Source: a virus (Duplodnaviria > Caudoviricetes). Taken from it: 64,000 bases of DNA. Each line of letters opens with the position of its first letter. Position 1 is the stretch's first letter. The stretch is taken from IMG/VR virus record IMGVR_UViG_3300032280_000320, positions 50,332 to 114,331 of that record; one strand, written 5' to 3'. Positions 49,413-57,419 of the stretch are shown piece after piece. The notes under the pieces were generated by a model. The model was not told the origin of the DNA. It saw only the letters and a list, made by a program, of their open reading frames with translations, and did not search any database. Both the position numbers and the translations under genes were made by a program.

Positions 49413-50402
49413 TTAAGAAAACTTTTTAAAAATATGATCAAATGAATTTTCAGTTAACTGCAACCAGTTGTATTCTTCATGAATCTTAGTCGACTGAGCA
49501 TAATAATATCCTGAGTAAGCGTTGTAATCTAAAACAACATCTCTCATAAGCTCAAGTAGGTGTTGATAGTTTGGTTCAAAAACTAATCCTGGTAAATTTA
49601 AAAATGGTGACTGAGTTAGTTTTGATTTTAAAGAAAGTGGACCTATAAATTTTTTATAATCTGCCCAAGCAGAAGTACAAATTGTTGGCATACCAGTTGC
49701 TAATGCCTGAAGTGGAATGAAACCAAATCCTTCTCCATAACTAGGGTAAACTAAAACGTCATGATCATAATAAAGTTGAAGTAGTTGACTTTCTGTAAAC
49801 TCTTCTGTTATAATATTAATATTATTATATATATAATTAGGTAAACCTATTATTTCTTTATCTATATAATTATTATATACTCTAGTAGTATTATTATGAT
49901 ATGCTTTAATAGTTAAAGAGTAAGAAGGATTGTTTCCGTATAATTGTGTGAATGCGTTAACAACCATCTGTCCAGCTTTTCTTGGTGCTGGCTCTCCAAC
50001 ATGTAAAAACTTAATAACACCATCAGGTTTTCTCCTGCGTGGTTTCCAAACATCGCTTATACCATGATTGTAAACATGTATTGGTTTTTTTAAACCAGCA
50101 TCTTCAAATACTTGTGCATTCCATTCAGATGTTGTCCACATTTCATCAACATGATCTGCAATCGGAAACCAGTTAGATGGAACTACGGTTGACTCCCAAG
50201 GGGTATATCCTATTTGATATTGTCCCCTGTGCATCTTAAATTGATTTGGTTGTGCAAAATTAACTTGTACTTCAGGTTTACTGTTTGAATAAAGTACTTC
50301 ATGGCCTAGATCTTCTAGAGACTTTTTTATGTTTAAATAAGCAGAATTATACCCACCAGCATTTTTAATGTGAGTTGTAGGCGTAAATAGAGATATTTCC
50401 AT
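49413..50402 (-). CDS. Glycosyltransferase, GT-B / GT4 family
   Basis: FLHVGEPAPRK...DVLVYPSYGEGFGFIPLQALATGMPTI. Confidence 0.88.
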   Translation of the reverse strand: MEISLFTPTTHIKNAGGYNSAYLNIKKSLEDLGHEVLYSNSKPEVQVNFAQPNQFKMHRGQYQIGYTPWESTVVPSNWFPIADHVDEMWTTSEWNAQVFEDAGLKKPIHVYNHGISDVWKPRRRKPDGVIKFLHVGEPAPRKAGQMVVNAFTQLYGNNPSYSLTIKAYHNNTTRVYNNYIDKEIIGLPNYIYNNINIITEEFTESQLLQLYYDHDVLVYPSYGEGFGFIPLQALATGMPTICTSAWADYKKFIGPLSLKSKLTQSPFLNLPGLVFEPNYQHLLELMRDVVLDYNAYSGYYYAQSTKIHEEYNWLQLTENSFDHIFKKFS

Positions 50403-50424
50403 GATTACTTTCTAGTTAACTGAC

Positions 50425-50454
50425 TTGACAGTAACTTACTGACAATGCTATGAT
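50425..50454 (+). promoter_or_regulatory. Sigma70-type promoter of the transglycosylase gene
   Basis: TTGACA-18-TATGAT with an extended TG; AAAGGAGG RBS downstream. Confidence 0.7.
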
Positions 50455-50481
50455 TATAGTTCGTTATCTCTAAAGGAGGAA

Positions 50482-51051
50482 ATGCCAATGGAGAATATAA
50501 AACAAAAGCTTAGTGATTTTGTTCATAGTACGACTGCTATAGTAATGATAACATTATTTCTATTCAGTAACAATACTGTGATTGCAATACAAAATTCACA
50601 AGCTCTAATAGTAAAACCAAAGACAGAAGTACAACTTAAGAAAGAAACCTTAGAAAAGTACAGCAATACTGTTTATAAGCCTTCTCAGGCTCTGTCAGAT
50701 GAAGATTTAAAAGATCTTTTGATAGCAGTAGGTTTTGAAGGAAAAGCCCTTAAAACGGCTTGGGCCATTGCCAAGAGGGAGTCCAACGGACGACCAATGG
50801 CATATAATGGCAACAGGAATACTGGAGACAGTTCCTATGGAATTTTTCAGATTAATATGTTGGGTAACCTCGGAATTGATCGAAAAGAAAAGTTCGACCT
50901 GAAGTCAAATGTACTATTATTTGACCCAGTAATCAACGCAGAGATAACGTATCATATGACTAATGGCGGTGAGGATTGGTCAGCTTGGAAGGGTTTAACC
51001 CAAAGAGCACAGGAATTTTATTTAAAGTTCCCAACAGACATAAAGAAGTAG
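50482..51051 (+). CDS. Membrane-anchored lytic transglycosylase (lysozyme-like/SLT fold)
   Basis: N-terminal hydrophobic segment; AIAKRESNG...SYGIFQIN...NAEITY...WSAW. Confidence 0.85.
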   Translation: MPMENIKQKLSDFVHSTTAIVMITLFLFSNNTVIAIQNSQALIVKPKTEVQLKKETLEKYSNTVYKPSQALSDEDLKDLLIAVGFEGKALKTAWAIAKRESNGRPMAYNGNRNTGDSSYGIFQINMLGNLGIDRKEKFDLKSNVLLFDPVINAEITYHMTNGGEDWSAWKGLTQRAQEFYLKFPTDIKK

Positions 51052-51057
51052 GAGACT

Positions 51058-51276
51058 ATGCAAAGGATACAGTATGTATCTAAATACATAGCAATGGCTG
51101 AAGAAGGCCTTGTTCCTCAATTGGAATGCCCAATGGATCAAGGTCTTCTTTATCCCAATCAAGATTTGCAAGACAATCTTTATCTGTATTGCTTGTCTTG
51201 CAACTACAAAAAATTTATAGGATTTGGCTTTTACGATGACATTGTAAAAGCAGTTAAAAAAGGCGGTTCCAAATGA
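51058..51276 (+). CDS. Small Zn-ribbon protein
   Basis: CPMD...CLSC; AGGAG RBS. Confidence 0.65.
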   Translation: MQRIQYVSKYIAMAEEGLVPQLECPMDQGLLYPNQDLQDNLYLYCLSCNYKKFIGFGFYDDIVKAVKKGGSK

Positions 51277-51386
51277 CATGTAAAAGCAGTGATTGCAAAT
51301 GTCAAAATGAATCACAACCAATCCCCATAACAGACGCTATGGGCAGAGAAATATTTTGGGAAGATTTAGGTAGAGAGAATGACTGA
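51273..51386 (+). CDS. Small hypothetical protein (37 aa)
   Basis: MTCKSSDCKCQNESQPIPITDAMGREIFWEDLGREND; overlaps both neighbours. Confidence 0.5.
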   Translation: MTCKSSDCKCQNESQPIPITDAMGREIFWEDLGREND

Positions 51387-51585
51387 AGAACAACCAACAA
51401 CGAATCTAGAAGATAATCTTCCTATGGTGACATATATTATGCTCCATAGGATTTATGATCTGCTTACAATAATTTCGAATAAAGTTGTAGGCGGAGAAGA
51501 TACACAGAAGATGATAAATTATCATGAACAGGGCTATCTATTAGGTCCTGCCCCAGCGTATACAACAGGAGAAGAAAATGGATAA
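51379..51585 (+). CDS. Hypothetical protein
   Basis: ORF track; coupled to neighbours. Confidence 0.65.
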   Translation: MTEEQPTTNLEDNLPMVTYIMLHRIYDLLTIISNKVVGGEDTQKMINYHEQGYLLGPAPAYTTGEENG

Positions 51586-51772
51586 AGATAGAGACTCAAT
51601 TGTTAACTTAATGACAAGAGTTTTCCAAAACGGTAACAAGATGATGTGCATTCAGTCAGGAATGTCTGAAGAAGAAACTGAAGAAAAGATGAACCAAAGT
51701 TTGCCATCAATTACATACCTTATGGGATTAGTTTTTGACAAGCTTGATGAAAACAATCTTATTGTAGAATAA
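51578..51772 (+). CDS. Hypothetical protein
   Basis: ORF track; AGGAG RBS. Confidence 0.6.
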   Translation: MDKDRDSIVNLMTRVFQNGNKMMCIQSGMSEEETEEKMNQSLPSITYLMGLVFDKLDENNLIVE

Positions 51773-51775
51773 TCC

Positions 51776-51804
51776 TTGACTTAGGATAGAATCTATTTTA
51801 CAAT
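51776..51804 (+). promoter_or_regulatory. Near-consensus sigma70 promoter with no ORF downstream
   Basis: TTGACT-17-TACAAT. Confidence 0.7.
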
Positions 51805-51809
51805 AATAT

Positions 51810-51890
51810 TGTAAGTTGAGCTTTTAGTTCCTTACATGTGCTTAGGCACAACAGAACCCAGTCGGATCCGCCTCTGACTGGGTTTTGTGC
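51810..51890 (+). ncRNA. Candidate ~80-nt small RNA (three hairpins, last one terminator-like)
   Basis: Lies between the promoter and the CAGAACCCAGTCGGA-TCCGCC-TCTGACTGGGTTTTG stem; internal stems TGTAAG/CTTACA and TGTGC/GCACA. Confidence 0.5.
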
Positions 51891-52453
51891 TATCTACCTT
51901 TGTCTAATGTTCCCTTTTTAAAAACAAAACCTGTTATAAAATATCGTGTCCCAGATGTTACATGTGTTACTGCGTGTGTGTAGTCTTTGTATCCAGAGTG
52001 AACAAGAAGTCTTCCAGCTTTAGGTTTAAGTTTAATTCCTTTGTTTATGTAAACAGTTTCTCCGCCTTCAAAGTCATCGTTAAAGTACACAATGTATCCT
52101 TTAGTAACATTGACACTTGATCCATCTCCATACTCATGGTTATCTGCATGCATTCCAAGTGCCCATTCTTTACCATTGCCAGTTGATACACGAAGTCTAT
52201 TTACAAAAGTGTTTGAGTCACATTCTTCTTCATCATTGTTTATAATGTCTTGGACACGGCTACTTATTGTCATACGAAATTCCATAGAAGACGAGCATTC
52301 TTTAATGTTATTTACCCAGTCGTTCTCACCAATTGACCATCCGTCTTCTTTAAGACAGTCAGTCATCATGATTTCAATTTCATTTGGGGTTAGAAAGTTA
52401 TCAATATAATAGATACCATCATCGACCTTAGTTATGACATAATTATTTTCCAT
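51890..52453 (-). CDS. 2OG-Fe(II) oxygenase, prolyl 4-hydroxylase-like
   Basis: GMHAD...YFNDDFEGGE...YTHAV...GTRY; TGATAGAAT 6 nt before the ATG (leaderless). Confidence 0.88.
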   Translation of the reverse strand: MENNYVITKVDDGIYYIDNFLTPNEIEIMMTDCLKEDGWSIGENDWVNNIKECSSSMEFRMTISSRVQDIINNDEEECDSNTFVNRLRVSTGNGKEWALGMHADNHEYGDGSSVNVTKGYIVYFNDDFEGGETVYINKGIKLKPKAGRLLVHSGYKDYTHAVTHVTSGTRYFITGFVFKKGTLDKGR

Positions 52454-52557
52454 ATCTATATTCTATCATTTTGTAGAACATAGTGCGAAAAATAGTGCAA
52501 AAAAAGTGCTTCGGCGGCAGAAGAACCCTTTTATAAATTTGGGTGTATAATAATAAT

Positions 52558-52719
52558 ATGAGTCCAAGACATTTTGCAAAGATGATGTACGGTCCTTATT
52601 TTTTAAGTGACACCCATCCAGATCAAAAGCAAGTTCAAATAGAGGCAGATATAGAAGAACGTGCCAAAAAGTTTTGGCATATACTCTTAAAGCCTTTCTC
52701 TAAGTTCACCAAATCCTAA
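52558..52719 (+). CDS. Small hypothetical protein (53 aa), leaderless
   Basis: TATAAT 6 nt before the ATG; MSPRHFAKMMYGPYFLSD... Confidence 0.5.
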   Translation: MSPRHFAKMMYGPYFLSDTHPDQKQVQIEADIEERAKKFWHILLKPFSKFTKS

Positions 52720-53241
52720 AGATACTCCAAAGCGGGGGGAAGAAGCAATAACATTATGCTTTCTACCATTAGGACAATATAGGATATCTCCTGGTCCAAT
52801 TACTTTATCAAATTCAATTTCACTATTAGTCTTATCATATATCTGCCATCTGGAATGTCCCTGAAGTTGCCAGAATATAACATTTTCCATATCTATGTGT
52901 TCTCCACCATATGCTGATGGATCTGTAGTTAAGGACATGTATATTTGATGATCACTTCCTACTTCTTCAGCCAATGGAGATTCATGGAGTACCTCTAATA
53001 AATCCTCTAAGGCCTCTCTAACAGCTTTGATCCTATGTGCCTGCCTTATCTTATACCCGCCAAATTTAAATCGCTTCTGACCATACTTCTTGCCATTTTT
53101 TACATCTTCATCTAATAATACAAATACTTCATCCCATGTAACTATTGGCAACTCTAGGTCAGTACGATAGTATATATGTCTGTTTTGTATACTTTGTAGT
53201 AGATTGATATCATTTTGAAATTTATACATAATTCTAGTCAA
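52687..53241 (-). CDS. JmjC/cupin-4 family 2OG oxygenase (YcfD/ROX-like)
   Basis: GEHIDMENVIFWQLQGHSRWQI...PGDILYCPNGRKHNV. Confidence 0.82.
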   Translation of the reverse strand: MTRIMYKFQNDINLLQSIQNRHIYYRTDLELPIVTWDEVFVLLDEDVKNGKKYGQKRFKFGGYKIRQAHRIKAVREALEDLLEVLHESPLAEEVGSDHQIYMSLTTDPSAYGGEHIDMENVIFWQLQGHSRWQIYDKTNSEIEFDKVIGPGDILYCPNGRKHNVIASSPRFGVSLGFGELRERL

Positions 53242-53246
53242 CTGCT

Positions 53247-53324
53247 TTATTTAATGTCATCCCAAGATGCAATTAACAGAACTATCATTGGACCAAATAT
53301 AATTGATGCTTGTAGCCAATTCAT
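53247..53324 (-). CDS. 25-aa membrane peptide
   Basis: GGAGG RBS just after the tRNA; MNWLQASIIFGPMIVLLIASWDDIK. Confidence 0.5.
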   Translation of the reverse strand: MNWLQASIIFGPMIVLLIASWDDIK

Positions 53325-53337
53325 TTTAACCTCCTTG

Positions 53338-53412
53338 TAGGGATACTGGGATTTGAACCCAGAATCTATTGTATATAAGACAAGTGCTTTAACCAGATTA
53401 AGCTATATCCCC
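53338..53412 (-). tRNA. tRNA-Ile (anticodon UAU)
   Basis: GGGGATA acceptor pairs with TATCCCT; D-arm AGCTTAATCTGGTTAAAGC; anticodon loop CT-TAT-AT in stem TTGT/ACAA; T-arm CTGGG-TTCAAAT-CCCAG; CCA not encoded. Confidence 0.85.
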
Positions 53413-53418
53413 TAGGGA

Positions 53419-53496
53419 CTAGCGTATTATCTGATACATTATTCCAAGTATAAATACCATAAAGGTTACTATCGTAACCGCAATTATTGTCTTCAT
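53419..53496 (-). CDS. 25-aa membrane peptide
   Basis: ATGA overlap with the upstream oxygenase; MKTIIAVTIVTFMVFILGIMYQIIR. Confidence 0.45.
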   Translation of the reverse strand: MKTIIAVTIVTFMVFILGIMYQIIR

Positions 53497-53999
53497 GGTA
53501 AAAATTCCAGAGAGTCATCTCCATATGCAAATCCAGTGATATAGTATCTATCTCCTGAAGTTACCACTTGAACCTTATGTGGGATATCTCCTCTATGAAT
53601 GAGCATTGATCCCATCTTTGGTTTAAATGCAATACCTTGATCTGGATACTCTATGTTCCCGCCCTCATATTCATCATTGAGATAAATTACAATTCCCCAT
53701 TTGATTCCAACTTGATCTGGACGTTCTCCATATGCATCATCACGATGTAAATCCATTCCGCTATTGGTTTCCCATCTTTGAACTCTATAAAACCCAGCCA
53801 TTCTTTCTAAATTTTTAAACATAGGATCAACTCTACTACGTAATTTACGAAACAATGGAGCAAAATCATTATGCTCAAAATATAGCTGCATCTCACCATC
53901 ATTTTTAAGATTTCTTTTTGAAACTTCCATGAATGATGCTATCTCACTATCTGAGATATAATTTTCAAACTCATAGATACCATCTGCAATTAAATTCAT
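53493..53999 (-). CDS. 2OG-Fe(II) oxygenase, prolyl 4-hydroxylase-like
   Basis: DLHRD...YLNDEYEGG...IPHKV...GDRY. Confidence 0.88.
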   Translation of the reverse strand: MNLIADGIYEFENYISDSEIASFMEVSKRNLKNDGEMQLYFEHNDFAPLFRKLRSRVDPMFKNLERMAGFYRVQRWETNSGMDLHRDDAYGERPDQVGIKWGIVIYLNDEYEGGNIEYPDQGIAFKPKMGSMLIHRGDIPHKVQVVTSGDRYYITGFAYGDDSLEFLP

Positions 54000-54568
54000 C
54001 TTAAATCTCCAAATCCTAGAGAAGCACCAAACCTTGGAGTAATAGCTTCTACCTTATGTGGTCTACCATATGGACAATAAAGAATATCACCAGGTTCTAG
54101 TATAACATCTACATCTATCAAATCATCTGAGACGTTTTCTAGATCTTCGTATTCCCCCGCTTTATAAATTGTCCATCTTGACTTGCCTTCAATATTCCAG
54201 AAGATCACATTCTCAGTATCCTGATGAAGTTTCCAGTATGTTCCATCTTGTGTAGTAATATTCATGTATAGATGTGTAGATCTACCCTCAACCTCAAGTT
54301 GATAGTTTGATTCTGTAAAAATTTCTAATAATTTTTTTTGTGCATCTGCAATTCCTGGAATACGCATTGCATTTAGGATTCTAAATCCACCATTTTCATA
54401 TCGCTTTTGTCCATATAGGTTTCCTGCCTTTACATCCTGATCTAAGATTCTGAATGCGTCATCCCATTTAATCTTTGGTAACCCCTCCACATTTTTTGCA
54501 ACATGAACAGTAGCGTTGTTAAAAGCTGATCTAAATTCAGCGTCATCAAAGATATCAAAAGTGGCCAT
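53996..54568 (-). CDS. JmjC/cupin-4 family 2OG oxygenase (probable start 54568, leaderless)
   Basis: KLHQDTENVIFWNIEGKSRW...PGDILYCPYGRPHKV; paralog of 52687..53241; TGCTATACT 6 nt before the ATG. Confidence 0.82.
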   Translation of the reverse strand: MATFDIFDDAEFRSAFNNATVHVAKNVEGLPKIKWDDAFRILDQDVKAGNLYGQKRYENGGFRILNAMRIPGIADAQKKLLEIFTESNYQLEVEGRSTHLYMNITTQDGTYWKLHQDTENVIFWNIEGKSRWTIYKAGEYEDLENVSDDLIDVDVILEPGDILYCPYGRPHKVEAITPRFGASLGFGDLR

Positions 54569-54587
54569 GTCTCTAGTATAGCATTTG

Positions 54588-54603
54588 TGTTTCACGTGAA
54601 ACA
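54588..54603. promoter_or_regulatory. parS: parS site (ParB-binding centromere-like palindrome)
   Basis: TGTTTCACGTGAAACA is an exact 16-bp match to the bacterial chromosomal parS consensus. Confidence 0.85.
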
Positions 54604-54853
54604 AGTTCTGGTCAACTACTATTTCAGATTTAAGAAAATGTTAATATTTATTTTTCTTGTATGATACACACCTAAAAAAAGAGCGATAAATCTTGATAGT
54701 CCGCCCATATTGTCCTCAATGTCCGATTTATACACTAAAAAAGTTGTGTGATGTGCCTCACAATGTCCGATTTACACCATTTTCGAGTTGATATTTGTCA
54801 GACCCCCGTGTTATGATTTATATATAAAGAAAAACAAACGAAAGGAGTCAAAA

Positions 54854-55009
54854 ATGACTCAACTTACAGAAACACTATTCTCAACAATAGTTCATGACTA
54901 CCATAACGGCGGAGTAAAATCCTCATATGGATTAGATAACTACACACGCAAGGAAATCCTTGCCTACCTTATCCGCTCTAAGGGTTGCGAGTGCATAAAC
55001 TGTCTGTGA
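54854..55009 (+). CDS. Small hypothetical early protein (start 54854)
   Basis: GAAAGGAG RBS; MTQLTET...GCECINCL. Confidence 0.65.
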   Translation: MTQLTETLFSTIVHDYHNGGVKSSYGLDNYTRKEILAYLIRSKGCECINCL

Positions 55010-55093
55010 TAGACATCACACGCAATACCCTTGCAAATGTCAGACTTATCTGATACCTTTATCTTATTGAACTACTAAAGAAAGAAGAAACAA

Positions 55094-55282
55094 ATGTCAT
55101 ACTCATTCGATACTAACACCGCCTCTAAGTGGGACACAATTCAAGAAGATGTTGCAGACATGTACCTTGAAGAAGAAGAAACAGAAGAAGAAGATTTCTT
55201 TGGTTTCTCTAAGTCTATTGAAACAGACCACCTAACAGATGAACAGATTGACACACTACTAACCACTATCGATTGGAACTAA
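55094..55282 (+). CDS. Small acidic hypothetical protein
   Basis: ORF track; Glu/Asp-rich; own promoter. Confidence 0.65.
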   Translation: MSYSFDTNTASKWDTIQEDVADMYLEEEETEEEDFFGFSKSIETDHLTDEQIDTLLTTIDWN

Positions 55283-55286
55283 TCTA

Positions 55287-55457
55287 ATGACTATCACTTA
55301 CTCAATTTGGCAAGGCTCTAAACTAATCTCTATCGACAATGTAGCGCATGAGGCTAAGGCTATTGACCACCTAATCCAATCTCTTAACGCTAGCGAATTA
55401 GGCAAGGTTAAGAAATTCACCGCTAATGTACAAAACATAAAGGTAGGGGCTAACTAA
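55287..55457 (+). CDS. Small hypothetical protein (56 aa)
   Basis: MTITYSIWQGSKLISID...; TAATG coupling to the next gene. Confidence 0.55.
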   Translation: MTITYSIWQGSKLISIDNVAHEAKAIDHLIQSLNASELGKVKKFTANVQNIKVGAN

Positions 55458-55594
55458 TGACTATTGAACTAGATAACTATGGTTTCATGCTAGATACAGA
55501 ATGGTGCTATGTTGCACTATCATGGCAACTACTAATCACCACCGCCCTACTAGTAACCGCTTACAAGATTTATAAGAGAAAGAAGAATAAGTAA
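55457..55594 (+). CDS. Small membrane protein (45 aa)
   Basis: MTIELDNYGF...LSWQLLITTALLVTAYKIYKRKKNK; TAATG coupling. Confidence 0.55.
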   Translation: MTIELDNYGFMLDTEWCYVALSWQLLITTALLVTAYKIYKRKKNK

Positions 55595-55716
55595 TGAACA
55601 GACTACTAACTACTATCGTGCAACTATCTATCGCTATCCCCGCCCTATACATGATGAGGATCGTGTATCATGATTTCAAGGCGGAGATGCGTGAGATGTG
55701 GCAAGAATCACACTAG
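55594..55716 (+). CDS. Small membrane protein (40 aa)
   Basis: MNRLLTTIVQLSIAIPALYMMR...; TAATG coupling. Confidence 0.5.
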   Translation: MNRLLTTIVQLSIAIPALYMMRIVYHDFKAEMREMWQESH

Positions 55717-55991
55717 CCTAACGGCGTGTCGACTTGACATTGTCAAGCTGGCCCGCAAAGGCGCGGGGTCGGGCGTGTCGTTATGAACATGTTATAAAAT
55801 CCCCTGAAATTTACGGCGTGTCGATTTGACAGACAAAACGGACATATTGGTGTGATGCTTATCACATAGCCAGTGTGATGCTTATCACAATACCCACGCT
55901 CCACATAGTGAGACAATTACCCCTAGGATTGGAAAATGTCAGTGCCTTTTGGTACAATACTCTTATAACAACAACGAAAGAAGGTCAATTC

Positions 55992-56111
55992 ATGAACCTA
56001 GATGAATTCCGTGCCCATGTAGAGGCAACCCGTCAAGCAAGCAAGGCAGAAGCCTTGTCAGTGCTATCTGCTACAATGTCCGTATCAACAACAACGAAAG
56101 AAGGTCGCTAA
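55992..56111 (+). CDS. Small hypothetical protein (start 55992)
   Basis: GAAAGAAGG RBS before MNLDEFRAHVEATR; its 3' half carries the next promoter. Confidence 0.55.
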   Translation: MNLDEFRAHVEATRQASKAEALSVLSATMSVSTTTKEGR

Positions 56112-56317
56112 TGTCAGCGAATGTCTATAATGTCGAAAGCCTCTTAGTAGGTAAAATGTATTACTCTAATTCAGTAAAGGGCGAGATTATCTCAGCCGAA
56201 AAAAATGATGATGTATGGTACTCAGGTGCAGATACATACAAGGTGCAAATTCGCCCTGTAAATTCTTTTGATTTTAAGGATACATACCGCTATGTAGCGG
56301 TGAAGGTAGGTGACTAA
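56111..56317 (+). CDS. Hypothetical protein
   Basis: ORF track; RBS and promoter upstream. Confidence 0.65.
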   Translation: MSANVYNVESLLVGKMYYSNSVKGEIISAEKNDDVWYSGADTYKVQIRPVNSFDFKDTYRYVAVKVGD

Positions 56318-56481
56318 TGCTGAACATAATTGACAAAACCGATTTCTATGAAATCGCAGATGAGCAACACTTTTGCTGTGATGAAAGTCAGTTTAAGTAT
56401 TACTGTATAGAGCACTTAGAATTTATGGGTTGCTACTTTTGTGGATTTGATTACGATAAAGATTGCGAGGAACAACACTAA
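56317..56481 (+). CDS. Small Cys-rich protein (54 aa)
   Basis: MLNIIDKTDFYE...CCDE...CIEH...GCYFC; TAATG coupling. Confidence 0.55.
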   Translation: MLNIIDKTDFYEIADEQHFCCDESQFKYYCIEHLEFMGCYFCGFDYDKDCEEQH

Positions 56482-56624
56482 TGGGATACATTGAGATTTT
56501 TAGAATGGATCAAAATGGTGCAGGCTGGGTAGATTTATCTGACGCTACCCCTGATGAACTATTTACTATTGAGGTAGGGCTACTTAATGAGGGAGCCTTA
56601 TTCCATACCCCCGAATCTGACTAA
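56481..56624 (+). CDS. Small hypothetical protein (47 aa)
   Basis: MGYIEIFRMDQNGAGWVDL...; TAATG coupling. Confidence 0.55.
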   Translation: MGYIEIFRMDQNGAGWVDLSDATPDELFTIEVGLLNEGALFHTPESD

Positions 56625-56676
56625 TTTGTCAGACCCCTCTGCTACAATACTCTAAACAACTACGAAAGGGAAACTA

Positions 56677-56883
56677 ATGCATAAAGTAACTTGCCAGTAT
56701 GACTTTGAGGAAAGCCCTCATTGGTCTGCAAACTACGAGGACGAATTCGAAGCGTGGAAATCTTTTTTCTCATTCACCGACTGGGGAATGGCTAATGAAT
56801 ACTCAACTGTAAATATTTACACACCAGCATTAAAATGCTACACAAAAGTTTTTTATCGCAACGGAATGGTGGTAACGAAATGA
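56677..56883 (+). CDS. Hypothetical protein
   Basis: ORF track; GAAAGGG RBS. Confidence 0.65.
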   Translation: MHKVTCQYDFEESPHWSANYEDEFEAWKSFFSFTDWGMANEYSTVNIYTPALKCYTKVFYRNGMVVTK

Positions 56884-57065
56884 TGACCCGTAAAGATTAT
56901 GTAGCAACCGCAGAAATTCTAAAGTATGCAAGCGATAAAGCGCACCCCGCTTTATTTTCTAAAATGGTAAATGATTTTGCGGAAATGTTTGCAAAAGATA
57001 ATCCGCGTTTTGATGTTGTGAGATTTCACGAAGCAAGCAATTACAAAGTAAAGGTGGGCAAATAA
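56880..57065 (+). CDS. Hypothetical protein (MTRKDY...DNPRFD type; start 56880)
   Basis: ATGA overlap; MMTRKDYVATAEIL...FAKDNPRFDVVRF. Confidence 0.65.
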   Translation: MMTRKDYVATAEILKYASDKAHPALFSKMVNDFAEMFAKDNPRFDVVRFHEASNYKVKVGK

Positions 57066-57176
57066 ATGCAAATCGTTGAAATGTTTGTGTGTTCAGATTG
57101 TGAAGATTTCGGTGCAGTTTATATTGAAGGGAATGTGTTAAGTGTTAAAAGATGTGAATGTATTGCAGAAGATTAA
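57066..57176 (+). CDS. Small Zn-finger-like peptide (36 aa)
   Basis: MQIVEMFVCSDC...RCECIAED. Confidence 0.45.
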   Translation: MQIVEMFVCSDCEDFGAVYIEGNVLSVKRCECIAED

Positions 57177-57273
57177 ACGAATTCAAGAATTGCGAAGATC
57201 AAATGCAGCAACCGCAATTCCTTCAAAGAAAAAATATTCACGAAAGCGCAAGCATAAAAATTCAGAGTATTGA
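57163..57273 (+). CDS. Small basic peptide (36 aa)
   Basis: TTG start; QKIKRIQELRRSNAATAIPSKKKYSRKRKHKNSEY. Confidence 0.45.
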   Translation: MQKIKRIQELRRSNAATAIPSKKKYSRKRKHKNSEY

Positions 57274-57419
57274 ATATTTATGCGGCCCGCAATCTTTTGT
57301 GGGGGGCAAGTGTGAATTACGACACATTTTAAAAATCGCCTGAATTTTTCGGCGTGTCGATTATGATATGTCAGTGGCCCATGGTATTATTCTCTTAAAT
57401 CTAACGAAAGGTCCAACTC

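Noticed and set aside
54569-54604. ORF-track N-terminal extension MFHVKHKCYTRD of the JmjC gene
   Set aside because: It is simply the translation of the parS palindrome and promoter. The leaderless ATG at 54568 fits better.
55733-55760. TTGACA as the -35 of a promoter (also ~58485)
   Set aside because: There is no -10 hexamer at 16-18 nt. It is half of a palindrome and is better read as an operator.
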